DNA from: Octopus sinensis
Taxonomy: Eukaryota
DNA: 64,000 nt
Assembly: GCF_006345805.1 (NCBI RefSeq)
Contig: NC_043005.1
Location: forward strand, 58,776,001 to 58,840,000
Direction: 5' to 3'
Notes under the pieces: model-generated
The model's database searches: none
Seen by the model: the letters and a program-made list of their open reading frames with translations, nothing else
Told to the model about the DNA's origin: nothing
Program-made: the position numbers and the translations under genes
Shown: positions 38,747 to 52,480 of the stretch, piece after piece
Layout: every line of letters starts with the position of its first letter
How positions within the stretch are numbered: the first letter of the stretch is position 1

Positions 38747-39313
38747 TTGGGTTGTCTGGAAAGTTCGTGCCGATTTTTAAAGGAAAGAAAAAGGTCAATA
38801 AATACTTGCTATTACATTTTTAATCAACCAAATATGAACCATTCTGTTGCACAATGCGTTTCCATCTTTCCTTTAACTCGAAAATGCCCTCTTCTCAGAA
38901 TTGAGGTGGTTTCATGGCAAAGAATTTATCAATGTTTCTTTTTACATCATCCAAGGAATTGAAATTTTTACCATTAAGACTATTCTACAGAGACCTGAAT
39001 AAGTGGAAATCCAAAGGAGCACTATCTGGTGAATACGGGGGTGGGGTAACACATCCCAGCTGAGCTGCAGCAATTTTTGTCTGGTTCCCAAAGCATCAAG
39101 TGCCGAAAATTAACTTTCTTATCTTCCATTTTTTAAAGGGTTACAGAATTAACACAGGTTATAGGAACATAAACCTTCTTCCACGAAAAGATAGCTTAAA
39201 CTGTGCTCTAAATGGAGGTGTAGTCAAATCCTATTTTATGGACTCAACCATGTTCTAAAACAAGTCGAAAAGTAAGCTACTATAAATCGGCACAAACCTT
39301 CCGGACAACCCAA
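38747..39313 (-). mobile_element. Internally deleted mariner with both TIRs and TA target duplication
   Basis: ta-ttgggttgtctggaaagttcgtgccgattt / aaatcggcacaaaccttccggacaacccaa-ta; minus translation YSPDSAPLDFHLFRSL..KERWKRIVQQNGSYL (YSPDL-type motif). Confidence 0.92.
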
Positions 39314-39762
39314 TAGTTACCTACTCATATCATCATCACCTTCCTATCCACTTCTTCTTCCTCATCATCATTGCCATCATCAACATTATCATAACACATT
39401 TTAAAATGTTCATTGAATTGATATTAAATGACTCTTATATTTAAATCATCTTTTGAATTTGTTTTTTCCTCATCTGTCATTGGTTAGGAAAATATACTTC
39501 TCCATCTTTTTTTATTTACCACCAATATATATATACTTCTTAAACCAGAGAGAAAGTTATCATATAAATTGAAATCATTAACAACATAAAAAATTAATTT
39601 AATTACTGCTTATAATCACCGCAACAGCTTTTGAAATGTTATGCTGATAACAAAAATCAACTAAATATGATTAGTTTCCTATAAATCAGAAATTAGTGAC
39701 TTCAAAACCGTTAAAAAAAATTCAATAGAATAATAATAATAATGATAATGATGATGATGATG

Positions 39763-39817
<55 letters not shown>

Positions 39818-39851
39818 TAATAATAATGATAATAATAATAATAATGATAAA

Positions 39852-39909
<58 letters not shown>

Positions 39910-40189
39910 CAACGACAGTAATAAAAATAGGAATGATATTATTATTGTCATTGTTGTCGTCATCATCACCATCATCATCATTATTATCATTACTTTTTGC
40001 ATTTTATTTCTTCCTTCAGTTCTATTTCCATTTCTTGCTGTGCATTTTCCTAATACCTTGAGCAAAGAAACTCACTGCACACATTGATAAGCCACAAAAA
40101 TAAACACACCAGATTGTTCACTTATGAAACCAAATAAAGTTATTTAAAAAATATTTTTTTAATTTTCAATATCATCATCATCAACATTG

Positions 40190-40236
<47 letters not shown>

Positions 40237-40330
40237 TGTGGTGGTATTGGTGTTGGTGGTGGTGGTAGTGATAGTAGTAGCAGCAGCAACATAGTTTTTT
40301 AGGATTTTGTATTTTAAGTTATTGTGAACA

Positions 40331-40530
40331 TAGGCACAGGAGTGGCTGTGTGGTAAGTAGCTTGCTTACCACCCACAGGTTTCCAGGTTCATTCCCACTG
40401 TATGGCACCTTGGGCAAGTGTCTTCTACTATAGCTTTGGGTTGATCAAAGCCTTGTGAGTAGATTTAGTAGATGGAAACTGAAAGAAAGCCCATTGTATA
40501 TATACATCTACATGCATGTGTGTGTGTGTG
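40331..40530 (+). mobile_element. Family-B SINE, 5' half (3' half displaced to 44795-45025)
   Basis: ggcacaggagtggctgtgtggtaag..gaaactgaaagaaagcccattgtata ends at the internal microsatellite. Confidence 0.85.
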
Positions 40531-40536
40531 TGTATA

Positions 40537-40916
40537 TCTTTATATATAAAAGTGAGGTTGTGTGCTGTCTGTCTCCTACGATTTAGATTCCTAACTACTC
40601 CCACATTTTTCGATGCAGTTTAACCAAAACCGGGTATCTTATAGTCATGATTCATATCGAGCCCTTCTGAGTATTAGCGCGCGTCTACGATGAGTCTACG
40701 ATTTTAAAAAAAATTTACCATCAATTTTTCCCATTTTTAAGGGAAGTAACTCTCTAAAAATTTATTATTAAATCTCAGAATGTAAAAAGCCACACTAACA
40801 CCCCCCCCCCCCTTTGTGGTTAGCCATATTGAGATGGCTATTATACTTTACATTTCTAAAAAGGCTTATATAGTTATTTCCCTTACAAACCCGAGCAACG
40901 CCGGGTGATACTGCTA

Positions 40917-40917
<1 letters not shown>
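40537..40917 (+). mobile_element. Non-autonomous Helitron
   Basis: A|TC start, subterminal hairpin cccgagcaacgccggg, CTAG|T end; a second copy lies at 60046-60344. Confidence 0.9.
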
Positions 40918-40955
<38 letters not shown>

Positions 40956-41041
40956 TATTAGAGACAAAACCACTATTTTGCAAAACAAACAAGGAAAGAC
41001 TTAATCAATACATAAAATTTAATAAATAGTCAAAAAAACCG

Positions 41042-41084
41042 CCACTACAATCGTTTCTTGTCTTGATCGACAATCTTCAGGTGG
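41042..41084 (-). ncRNA. Type I minimal hammerhead ribozyme (GUA cleavage site)
   Basis: Minus strand: CCAC-CUGAAGA-UUGUC-GAUCAA-GACAA-GAAAC-GAUU-GUA-GUGG. Stem I 4 bp, stem II 5 bp, canonical core, 2-bp stem III. Confidence 0.8.
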
Positions 41085-41099
41085 ATTCCAATCTAAAAA

Positions 41100-44000
41100 A
41101 TCAATATTTTAAAATATAAAAATAATAATTTTAAAATAATTAAAGTATGAATGAAAAAAATATAAGTATAATCCATATATAACCTATATATAATCCATAT
41201 ATAATCAATATATAAACAATATATAAACTAAAAAAAACCTATCAACAATTAAATATAAACTATAAAATATAAAATATAAAATATAAAACAAAACAAAAAA
41301 AATAATAATAATATAATAATAAACTATATATACACCCATACACATATACCTAATTATATATACACCATATCTAACTACATACACTAAATCACACACCTAT
41401 ATATATATCCCTATACATACACATAAAAACGTCTAGGCAACTATAAATAAATAAAATAGCTAAATACTTCAACACAATACTTATTCATACTCCACACACA
41501 ACCACATACACAACCCACATTCACGCTCTAGAAAACGGACATCACTCAAAACTATGAACGGAGAAATAGAATAAATGGAATTAAAAATTATATTCACTTG
41601 GTAAAAACGAACACTACTTAAAAATTATGAATGAAACAATGCAATAAACAAACAGACATCGCAAATAGACACAAATTACTACGAATTCCTTAACAAACCT
41701 ATTATGATAAACCAAAAACTCATAAAAACATATAATGATAAAATCTCCCTTTACTAAACTCTATAACAAACCTATATAGCAATCCCCCTAACCTAAACAT
41801 TCACACAAATACACACACGTAAACCACCAACCCACGACATATACAATACCCACACCACTTACACATACCAATACATACATATAAACCTCAACATATACTC
41901 CAAAAACCCACTCAACCCCACACAGACAAATAACACAAAAAAATTATGAATGGATTCTTTTATAAAACTACCATGATAAGCTAAAACTCACAAAACAGAA
42001 ATGATAAAACCTCCCTTTACTAAACACTATAACATACTTATATAGCAATCCCTTTAACCTATACATTCACACACAAAAACACACACGTAAACCACACACC
42101 CATAACAAATACAAACACCCACCCCACTCACACACACCCACAAGTACATATAGTCTCAACATATACACCAAACAAAATTACTTTACCAAGGAACTTACAT
42201 ATGTATAAAAAGTATAACCGCTCTGGAAACGAACATCTCTAAATAATGAATGGAGAAATGGAATAAATGGAATTAAAAATAATATTCACGTGGCAAAACG
42301 AACACCACTCAAAAATTATGAATGAAACAATGTAATAAAACAACCAACATCGAAAATAGACAAATTACCACGAATTCCCTAAAAAAACCATGATAAACAA
42401 AACTCTAAAAACATATAACGATAAAATCTCCCTTTGCTAAACTCTATAACAAACCTATATAATAATCCCCTAACCTAAACATTCACACACAAATACACAA
42501 CGTAAACCACAGACCCACGACTTATACACATCCTATACTAACTTATAAACCTCAATATACACCAAAACCCACTCACTCCCACACAGACAAATTAACACAT
42601 ACATCCCAAAACCTAAATAACAAACCCATATACACATTCACACACAACACACACACACGCAAAACACACACACACACGGATACATATACTCCCTCAAATA
42701 TACGCATATACATACTCACTAAACTCGATATATACAACAATATTTACACACCCACACTCATACAGATAAATAAATTATACAACTAAAAACTCACACACAA
42801 ACTCATATACATAAACCTCCTATGAAAACAACATTAAATACATCGTAATTAACCAGAATATCAAAAATAACAATATGACATAAGGATAATAAAAGACATA
42901 CTTACAAGTCAGTTTCAAATTATGAAGTGAAATTAAATTCTTAGCCGTTAAAAAAATCAAACAAAATTACGTTACCATAGAAATAACTTATGTAAAAAAA
43001 GATACGCGCCATGGAAAGTAAACGTCATTTAAATTATGAATGGAGAAAAAGAATAAATGGAACTAAAAACTATATCCACGTGGCAAACTAACACTACTTA
43101 AAAAAATTTTATTATGAATGGATTCTTTAAAAAAACTACCATGAAAAATCATTATATACATTTATGAGCTTTAGCTCACCTTAGCAGCTCTAACAAAAAA
43201 ATTGCAGTAACCCAAACCCATTCTCTATGCCTACCTCACTACTACACTATTCCCATCACAATTCCAAGCAACGCTAGGTCACCACCCGGTTATTCACGTG
43301 GCAAAACGAACACACTCAAAAATTATGAATGAAACAATGTAATAAAACAACCAACATCGAAAATAGACAAATTACCACGAATTCCCTAAAAAAACCATGA
43401 TAAACCAAAACTCTTAAAAACATATAACGATAAAATCTCCCTTTGCTAAACTCTATAACAAACCTATATAATAATCCCCTAACCTAAACATTCACACACA
43501 AATACACACACGTAAACCACAGACCCACGACTTATACACATACCTATACTAACTTATAAACCTCAATATACACCAAAAACCACTCACTCCCACACAGACA
43601 AATTAACACATACATCCCAAAACCTAAATAACAAACCCATATACCCATTCACACACAACACCACACACGCAAAACACACACACACAACGGATACATATAC
43701 TCCCTCAAATATACGCATATACATACTCACTAAACTCGATATATACAACAATATTTACACACCCACACTCATACAGATAAATAAATTATACAACTAAAAA
43801 CTCACACACAAACTCATATACATAAACACTCCTATGAAAAAAAACATTAAATACATCGTAATTAACCAGAATATCAAAAATAACAATATGACATAAGGAT
43901 AAAAAAAAAGACATACTTACAAGTCAGTTTCAAATTATGAAGTGAAATTAAATTCTTAGCCGTTAAAAAAATCAAACCAAAATTACGTTACCATAGAAAT

Positions 44001-44727
44001 AACTTATGTAAAAAAAGAATACGCGCCATGGAAAGTAAACGTCATTTAAATTATGAATGGAGAAAAAGAATAAATGGAACTAAAAACTATATCCACGTGG
44101 CAAACTAACACTACTTAAAAAAATTTTATTATGAATGGATTCTTTAAAAAAACTACCATGAAAAATCATTATATACATTTATGAGCTTTAGCTCACCTTA
44201 GCAGCTCTAACAAACAACTTGCAGTAACCCAACCCATTCTCTATGCCTACCTCACTACTACACTATTCCATTCACAATTCCAAGCAACGCTAGTCCACCA
44301 CCCGGTTATTCACGTGGCAAAACGAACACCACTCAAAAATATGAATGAAACAATGTAATAAAACAACCAACATCGAAAATAGACAAATTACCACGAATTC
44401 CCAAAAAAAACCATGATAAACCAAAAACTCATAAAAACATATAACGATAAAATCTCCCTTTGCTAAACTCTATAACAAACCTATATAGCAATCCCCCTAA
44501 CCTAACCATTCACACACAAATACACCACACGTAAACCACAGACCACGACTTATACACAACCTATACTAACTTATAACCTCAATATACACCAAAACCCACT
44601 CCCTCCCCACACAGACAAATTAACACATACATCCCAAAACCTAAATAACAAACACATTCACACACAAACACACACACACGCAAAACACACACACACAACA
44701 GATACATATACTCCCTCACATATACGC
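41100..44727. repeat. G-poor (A/C-rich) tandem array: ~1.01-kb unit in ~2.4 copies preceded by a diverged ~0.7-kb relative
   Basis: tattcacgtggcaaaacg at 42283, 43292 and 44307; the related block atgaa(c/t)ggagaaa..taaatggaa at ~41553, 42246, 43035 and 44053. Confidence 0.9.
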
Positions 44728-44794
44728 GAGTTTACGAAAAAAAACAAAAGATGAAGACAGGTGGTGTACAAAACAAACAGATGTATTAGTATAA

Positions 44795-45025
44795 TGCCCA
44801 TATATATATGTGTGTGTGTGTGTGTGCTTGTGTGTCTGTTTGTCTCCCCAACATCACTTGACAACCGACACTGGTGTATTTATGTCCCTGTAACTTGGCA
44901 GTTCGACAAAAGAGAGCAATAGAATAAGTACTAGACTTACAAAGAATAAGTCCTGGGGTTGTTTGCTCGACTAAAGGTGGAGCTCCAGCATGGCTGCAGT
45001 CAAATGACTGAAACAAGTAAAAAAA
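44795..45025 (+). mobile_element. Family-B SINE, 3' half
   Basis: (TA)(TG)n then gtttgtctccccaacatcacttgacaaccg..gactgaaacaagtaaaaaa. Confidence 0.85.
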
Positions 45026-45171
45026 TAAATTTCTGTGAGAAAGAGTGGAATAAGCTAATAATAATTTCATGATCGTAATATTACTATGTATGCACAACAT
45101 ATTATTAATTATTGTAATATATACATCATCCTATCTAACCTATTATGTTATCAAAGAAATACATATATAAA

Positions 45172-45217
<46 letters not shown>

Positions 45218-45221
<4 letters not shown>

Positions 45222-46485
45222 GACACCCCATAAGTTCTGTCCAAATTTTAAATAAAGAAAACAAGTGATCAAATGTTATATTTAATTGAAATTTAATCAT
45301 CAATGTACTTTCCCTGATTATCTATTACTTTCTTCCATCTATTTACAAGCTTTTTAATTCCATCAATGTAAAACTCTTTTGGTTTCAAAGCAAAGAACTC
45401 TGAAATGTCAGTTTTAATCGCCTTCTGGCTTGCAAAAGCTATTCCCCCAAATGATTCTGTAAACTATGAAACAAATGGTAGTCTGAAGGAGCAAGGTCGG
45501 AAGAATAAGATGGATGAGGATTTTTTCCCAACCAAGCTCTTCGATCCTCTGTGATGTGATCTTTGCAGTGTAGGGTCAAACATTGTCCTGATGAAACATC
45601 ACTCCTTTTTGATTTACTAAAGTGGGTCTTTTTTTTTCATCAAAGCTTGGTTCAAATGCTCTACTTGCTGACAGTAGACTTGAGCATTGATTGTTGCATT
45701 AGGTGGTAACAGTTCAAAGTGAATTACTCCTTTGCAATCCCACCAGATAGAGAGAAGAACCGTTTTCCTATGAAGTTCCCTTCTCGGTTGTGGTTGAGCT
45801 TTTTCCTTTTTACCAAGCCACTGTTTATGACATTTAACATTTCGATAGAAGAATCATTTTTCGTCACCAGTCACAAGTTCATCCAAAAAGGGTGACATGA
45901 GTTCACAAGAATGGAGAAAAGAGCAGATGTCAACTCAGGATTTGTGGTTGCTTTTGGACAATTCATGAGGCACTCATTTTCCAAGTTTAGGAACCTTTCC
46001 AAGTTGTCGAAGATGACAATGAACAGTTGTGTGGTTTGAACTAAGCTTTATTCAACTAATAATGCAGGATTTTCTTCAAGTAATGCCTCAAGGAGCTTAT
46101 CATCAAACTCAACTAGATGTCCTGTTCGATCATCTTCAAGGCTGAAATCTTCACTTCTGAGTTTTGCAAACCATCTTCTGCAAGTTCTTTCATTCAGCAT
46201 TCTTTCCCATAAACTGAATGTATGTTTTGAGTCACTTTCGCTGCAAAGTTTCCTTTTTTGTACACATTAAGCATTATGTGCCTCAAATGCTCTTTGGATA
46301 CTTCCACGTTAGAAAGGGTTTTAATCAGAGAAATTCTATTATTCTGTAAAATAATATTTAATTAGTTTAAATGTACAGAAATGCATAAAAATAATTTTTA
46401 ATTCCATTAGACATTCTAAAATACTATTAAGTTTCATTCAATTTTAAAAAAGGTAAAATCAGACAGAACTTATGGGATGACATGA
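45218..46485 (-). mobile_element. Near-full-length decayed mariner (~1.27 kb)
   Basis: TIRs tcaggacaccccataagttctgtc / gacagaacttatgggatgacatga; minus translation EHLRHIML..RRWFAKLRSEDFSLEDD; many stops and frameshifts. Confidence 0.88.
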
Positions 46486-46731
46486 TTTATGATATTTACC
46501 ATGTGAACTATGATGCAAAAAATATGAGAAAGATATAGTATATAATTTGTTTTTTGTGCTGGAGTTCCTTGAGACATGTAATTCATTTTAAGATGAAATG
46601 GTTGAGAAACACTGTACTATAGCCTTGTGAGTGGATTTGGTAGATGGAAACCAAAAGAAGCACACCGTATACATGCATACATACATACACACACACACAC
46701 AGACACACACACATATATATACATATTTATA

Positions 46732-46793
<62 letters not shown>

Positions 46794-47239
46794 TAACAAT
46801 TGATGAACAGGTGTCAGTTCATTACAGCTGTTTCTAATGAATTTTTTAATTGATTGTCCATCAATCGTTACTTATATATTTTTATTTCACTTCACTGGAA
46901 CCTGCACCACACGTATTCCAATGTATTTTATGGACAGTATATTTAATAAAATGTACATGTCTGAATAGCTCAAGAGCAGATTATATACTTAGTTGGGTCC
47001 AATTAATTGTTTACATTACCCAAATATCATTCTGCCAGTACTTCTGTATCAAGGTTGGTATTCATCTATAATTGCTGTGTTTGCATTTTATCTTGACCTA
47101 ACAAGTTGCATCACCTTTAAGTACCTTATTGAATTGAATCTTGTTATATTGTAATGCTGTATGTGTATTTGTGTGTGGGGTATAAATATGTGTGTGTGTG
47201 TGTGTTTGTATGTATATATGTGTGTGTTTATATATATAT

Positions 47240-47270
<31 letters not shown>

Positions 47271-47304
47271 CATACATACATACATACATACATACATACA
47301 TACA

Positions 47305-47338
<34 letters not shown>

Positions 47339-48917
47339 CATACATACATACATACATAAATACTTGCATATAAATATTTGAATCACAGTATATGGATTCA
47401 ACTAGAAAAAGCTCCTTAATATATCATCCAACGAAGCAGATAGAATATATAAAATGATACAAAAATAAAATATAAGTAGTGTATAAAATTATAAATAGAG
47501 AAATATACTATGATAAAATATATTTTACCATCAATATTCATATTTAGCAACAATTGTTTCACAGCTTAATAAACATATATAAATAATTTATTTTATTATA
47601 TTTTATAATGAATAACAAATTATTTACATTTCTGTATTGATATATGTACAATTTTTAAATTAATGCAGATATTAAGCTTGCTTGTCAGGTTAAAAGAACT
47701 CCCCATTTAAAATAATATCTCAACATAACATTTCAAAATGCAGAGTCAACTTTTTAAAACACATTAAGATATGGTAAACAATATGAATAAAATTAATGGA
47801 AATTAATAAAACAGTTTTCTCTATAGAGAAGGAAAATGTTGTAAGGTATTAAAATGTAAATAGTAGATAATCTAGGTATCAAAGAAGGTTAGATATAAAA
47901 GAATGAATAGGAAAATCATATATTTAACATTACTAACCTAGAAAATGGAAAGAATGATAAACATAGAGAAAAAATAACAAAGTGAAACTAAATTCTTAGC
48001 GACTATGTTTATGACATATATGGATTGATATCAATGGAAAAAATATGAACAACATGAAATTAAAAATTTGAAGTTCAAAGATAAAGGCAAATAGAGAATA
48101 AAGTGTAAAAAAAATAGGAGCAATATCATTTAATACTGTAGATGGGGATATATTGAAGTATATAAGGTAAATACACAGAAAAATAACATTGATATGTATT
48201 CATTAAAATAGCGTTTGAAAATACATAATTATTGTTATAATAGAGCTAGATATATTAAAAAAATTTATGCATAAATATCCTATAAATATTGTTAGTATCT
48301 ATGTAAGGTCGAAATTTGACTATCATTGTATTCAAAGTGACTGAATTGACTATATAGACAGTTAAATATTTTTATCAGGAGTGTAAATAATTATAATTAG
48401 TAATAAATGATAAAATAAAGATAAAGCAGTAGAAAAAAATAAGCATATATATTTATATATATATATGCATACAAATGTTAACAAACAAATATATATATAT
48501 TTTTATATTTTGTTAGAAGTGTCAAAATTGTTGTTTGACAGAAATAAGATATTTTTTTGAATACAGAGTTGCTGTTAGAGCAGCAGAAATATTGGGAAAA
48601 TTACTCTTACAAGGCAGAAAGATTTGTCTACAACCAACCATGGGACTCAAACCTATATCCCTCAAAGATGCTGGCTGAGTGTTTTACTATTAGGCTAAAC
48701 TGCCTGCTGACGAATTCAACTGCCAAATTAGACACTAAATACTTTAGCTTCAGCGAACAACCATGTAAGGGTAATATACCCAGTGTTTCTGCTGTTCTAA
48801 TGGCAACTCTGCATTTTAAAAGTATCATCATCTTATTTGTGTCATACAATATACATTTTGATGCTTTTAATAAAAAACAAATATTTGTTTACCTTTATAT
48901 GTGCATAGTTGTTCTAT

Positions 48918-49139
48918 GAAGCTAAAATATTTAGAGTCTAATTTTGCAGATGAATTTGTCAGTGGGCAGTTTAGCTTAATGGTAAAGCACTCAGACAGAG
49001 AATGTGAAGGATATGGGTTTGAGTCCCACAGCGGGTTGTTGGCAAATTTTTCTGCTTTGTAAGGGTGATTTATGCAGTATTACTGCTGTTCTAATGGCAC
49101 CTTTGCATTTGAAAAACTTCACCTTCTTATTTCTATCAC

Positions 49140-49145
<6 letters not shown>
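48918..49145 (+). mobile_element. tRNA-derived SINE-like element (third family); inverted partner at ~48520-48752
   Basis: ggcagtttagcttaatggtaaagc (A box) ... gggtttgagtccca (B box); reverse-complement copy tgggactcaaacc..taggctaaactgcc at 48640-48705. Confidence 0.75.
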
Positions 49146-49180
<35 letters not shown>

Positions 49181-50879
49181 ACACTTACGTAAAATATACC
49201 TATAGATAGATATATGTATTGTTCTTTATGCTTACTATTTTTTAAATTTTCTAGGTTATTAAAGTTAACTATATGATTAATGTTAAACATATGATTTACT
49301 TATTCATTCTTTTATATTTAACCTTCTCACATACCAAAACTATCAACTAATTTACATTTCAGTATCCTACCAAATCTCCCTTCCCTTCTATAGAAAACTG
49401 ATCTATTAATTTCTATTAATTTTGTGCTTTTTTTCCAAAATTGACTCTCTGTATTTTGAAATGTTATGTTGAGATATTATTTTAAACAAGGAATTCTTTT
49501 AACCTGACAAGTAAACTCAATATCTGCGTTAATTTAAACATTGTATATATATTCATACAGAATGTAAATAATTCATTATTTATTATGAAATATAATAAAA
49601 TAAATAATTTATACATGTTTATTAAGCTGTGAAACAATTGTTGTTAAATATGACTATCCAGTGGTAAAATAAATTTTATCATAATATATTTTTCCTAATG
49701 TATGTATGTATGTATGTATGTATGTATGTATGTATGTATGTATGTATTTATGTATGCATGTATGCATGTATGCATTTATGTATGTATGTATCTATCTATC
49801 TATCTATCTATTATCTATCTTTCTATCTATTTATCTATCTATCTTTATCTTTTACTTGTTTCACTCATTAGACTGCAACAATGTAGGCTCAATTCCAGCT
49901 TGAGTATTACTTTTTGTAGTTACTTCTTTTGGCCAAGATTTCAAGTAGTAATTTATATCCTTGATATACAACCAGCACGATGTTAAACTTCTAGAAATCT
50001 GTGTGTGCATTGCAATTTAATTCTTGCTTTTGCTTGATATTTAAAATTTATTTCATATATTTATGATTACTGAGGAAAGTTAATTTTCTGGATGAATATA
50101 GGATTTAGTTAAATTTCCACCTTGCAAGCAGTATGTCCAATGTAGAACTAATTTTTTGTTGAATTTTATAATTTCCCTTGAGTTTTATATCTATGATTTT
50201 CTACCAGTATAAATTGATAAGGAATCAGTGAGGTCTATTTTAGCTGACATACCATTAAAACTCAATATGGAGACCAAGTTTTGTTTTGATTGTCATGCGA
50301 TATTTTATTTATCATGGAATAGACAGATGGAAAGTTCAAATTCTGATGAATGCTCCTATCAAATCAATTGCCAATGTACATAAAACTTTTTTCCGCATAC
50401 ATACACAAGTCATTTGGCTGAATTTAATAGGTGTGACTGTGTGGTTAAGAAGTTCCATTGTCAACCACTTGGCTGTGGGTTCAGTCTCAGTGTGCAGCAC
50501 CTTGAGAAAGTGTTTTCTACTATATAGCTGTAGGCTGACCTAAGCATTGTGAATGTATTTTGTATATAGAAATTGAAAGAAGCCCATTGAATATATAGGT
50601 TTGCGTGTGTATATGTGTGTGTGTGTGAGTATATATGTGTATGTGTTTGCATGCATGTGAGCATGTGTATCTATATATATGTATATTTATATGTATATAT
50701 ATTTATATATGTACGTATCTATATTTATATTTATATATATATATACACATGCACAATAAACATACACATATATACAAACATGTACATATATACATACACA
50801 TATACATATATATTCATGCACATAAATATATACATAAACACACTCACACACACACACACATGTATACACACACACATGT

Positions 50880-50912
<33 letters not shown>

Positions 50913-52039
50913 CACACACTCATATATATACACACATACATATATACATAAATGTATTTGTAATATATATGTGTATGTGTTTGATATTTCTTATTACTTA
51001 ATAGTTGTAAATGAGTGTCACCATTATACAAGTGGTGTTGTTTGTTTCTTATCTTCTGTGAATACATTCCTGGACAAAGGAAACTATTAGCTTGCTTGGA
51101 AACAGGTGAGGTTTAGTATGAAGAAAAGAATCTAGCCATAGAAAATCTGTATCAATGGATTCCATCCAACCTCTTCAAGTAGGGGAAAGTAGACATTAAA
51201 ATGATGACGATGAGGATGATGATGATGAAGATAAATTCAATGAAATATGTGACTCTAATTTGCAATTTGTAGAGTTTCAGATTAAAATAAATTTCAACAT
51301 ATTACTCTGCTTCATTGCATTGTATTCTGTTTCTGGTAACTCATTGTTGTTGTTGCTGCTGCTGCTGTTGTTGCTGTTGTTGTTGTTGTTTAGTCTGAAG
51401 TTATCCTGGTCAAGTAAACCTATGATCAAAACTATTACAACCATGACCATCTCATCTTTGACCTGATGGTAAACGATAAACATACTTCAATCACAAGGCT
51501 TTATTCAAACCACTGTCCAGAGTATGGCTTGAACCCAGGACCACTGGAGTTACAAACCAAATTGGTTAATTATACAGTGTTGCCTGCACCTATAGTAAGT
51601 AATATTAGTTTTGTCTGCTGCTATTTAGACATAAATCTATTAGTGAGATGGTAGTTTTATTGAGTTAATTTTTGCTTCTAATGGCTTGATGCTGTATATT
51701 GATAAGAAGGATGGGATGGAGGAAAAGCTAATATAACATCTTTAGAAGAAAATCCAATTTATAAAATTAGTTTTGAGAACTGAGAGCAAAACAGTTGAAT
51801 AATATCTACAAAAAGTGTGAACATTACAAAGATGTGTGTGTGTGTGTGTATGTATGTGTGCATGTGTGTGTGTGTATGTGCGTGTGCATATTAACGGAGA
51901 ATGTAGACTTTGTTAATTACAGATGTGCTGGAGCAATAAATGCTAAGAACACATGGGAAATAGATTTTTCTCAAATGCCTCGGAGGATCCTTAGAAGTAA
52001 CAGATAATATTTTGTTACCTGGTTAATCTTAATTGCAGT

Positions 52040-52480
52040 AGAGGAGGGTGTTGCTGAATACAAACCAGCTGGAGAAAGTTCAGAGAGCTATCACTCTGGT
52101 TGATGATGACTGACAGACTCCTCTCACTCATGATGAATGTTGGTTTGTTTAATGTTTGTATATAAACTGTAATGCTACACAGTACTGAAATGTGGGTGGT
52201 AAACGCAGAGTACATATGGAATGTAGAAAGTAAATGAAGCTTAACAAGAACTGCTGGATGTGATGTGCAGCATCAGTGTACATGTACAACAAGGTGCAAA
52301 TGGGTCGAAAGAAGAGCTGGGCATAAGTGGCATCAGATATAGTATGGAAGAGGTCATGCAATGCGTGTGGATGACAACAGCTGCACAAAGAACTGCCAAT
52401 CACTAAATGTAGACAGAACTTGTGGAAGGGTGAGACCAAAGAGGATGTAGGAGTAAGCAATGAAGGCTGACTTTCGGTTG
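52040..52480 (+). mobile_element. Heavily decayed RTE LINE 3' fragment
   Basis: DNA similarity to 11900-12350 (gtaatgctacacagtactgaaatgtggg; gggcataagtggcatcag; acttgtggaagggtgagacc). Confidence 0.7.

Noticed and set aside
42898-42950. GAAAC-ugacuu-GUA motif in each array unit (also ~43916), superficially hammerhead-like
   Set aside because: The upstream core is CUAAGA (no CUGANGA), and neither stem I nor stem II pairs convincingly.
41100-44727. NUMT hypothesis for the G-poor array
   Set aside because: Strand skew resembles mtDNA, but I could not read any mitochondrial protein, rRNA or tRNA motif in it, and the frames are full of stops. A BLASTn against the mitogenome would settle it.
48960-49035. 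Possible tRNA gene (and similar heads in the other SINEs)
   Set aside because: A and B boxes are present, but the anticodon and acceptor stems do not pair; these are SINE heads.
50370-50410. Minus-strand VCGKSF resembling a C2H2 zinc finger
   Set aside because: Lacks the first Cys pair and the His residues, and is followed by stops.
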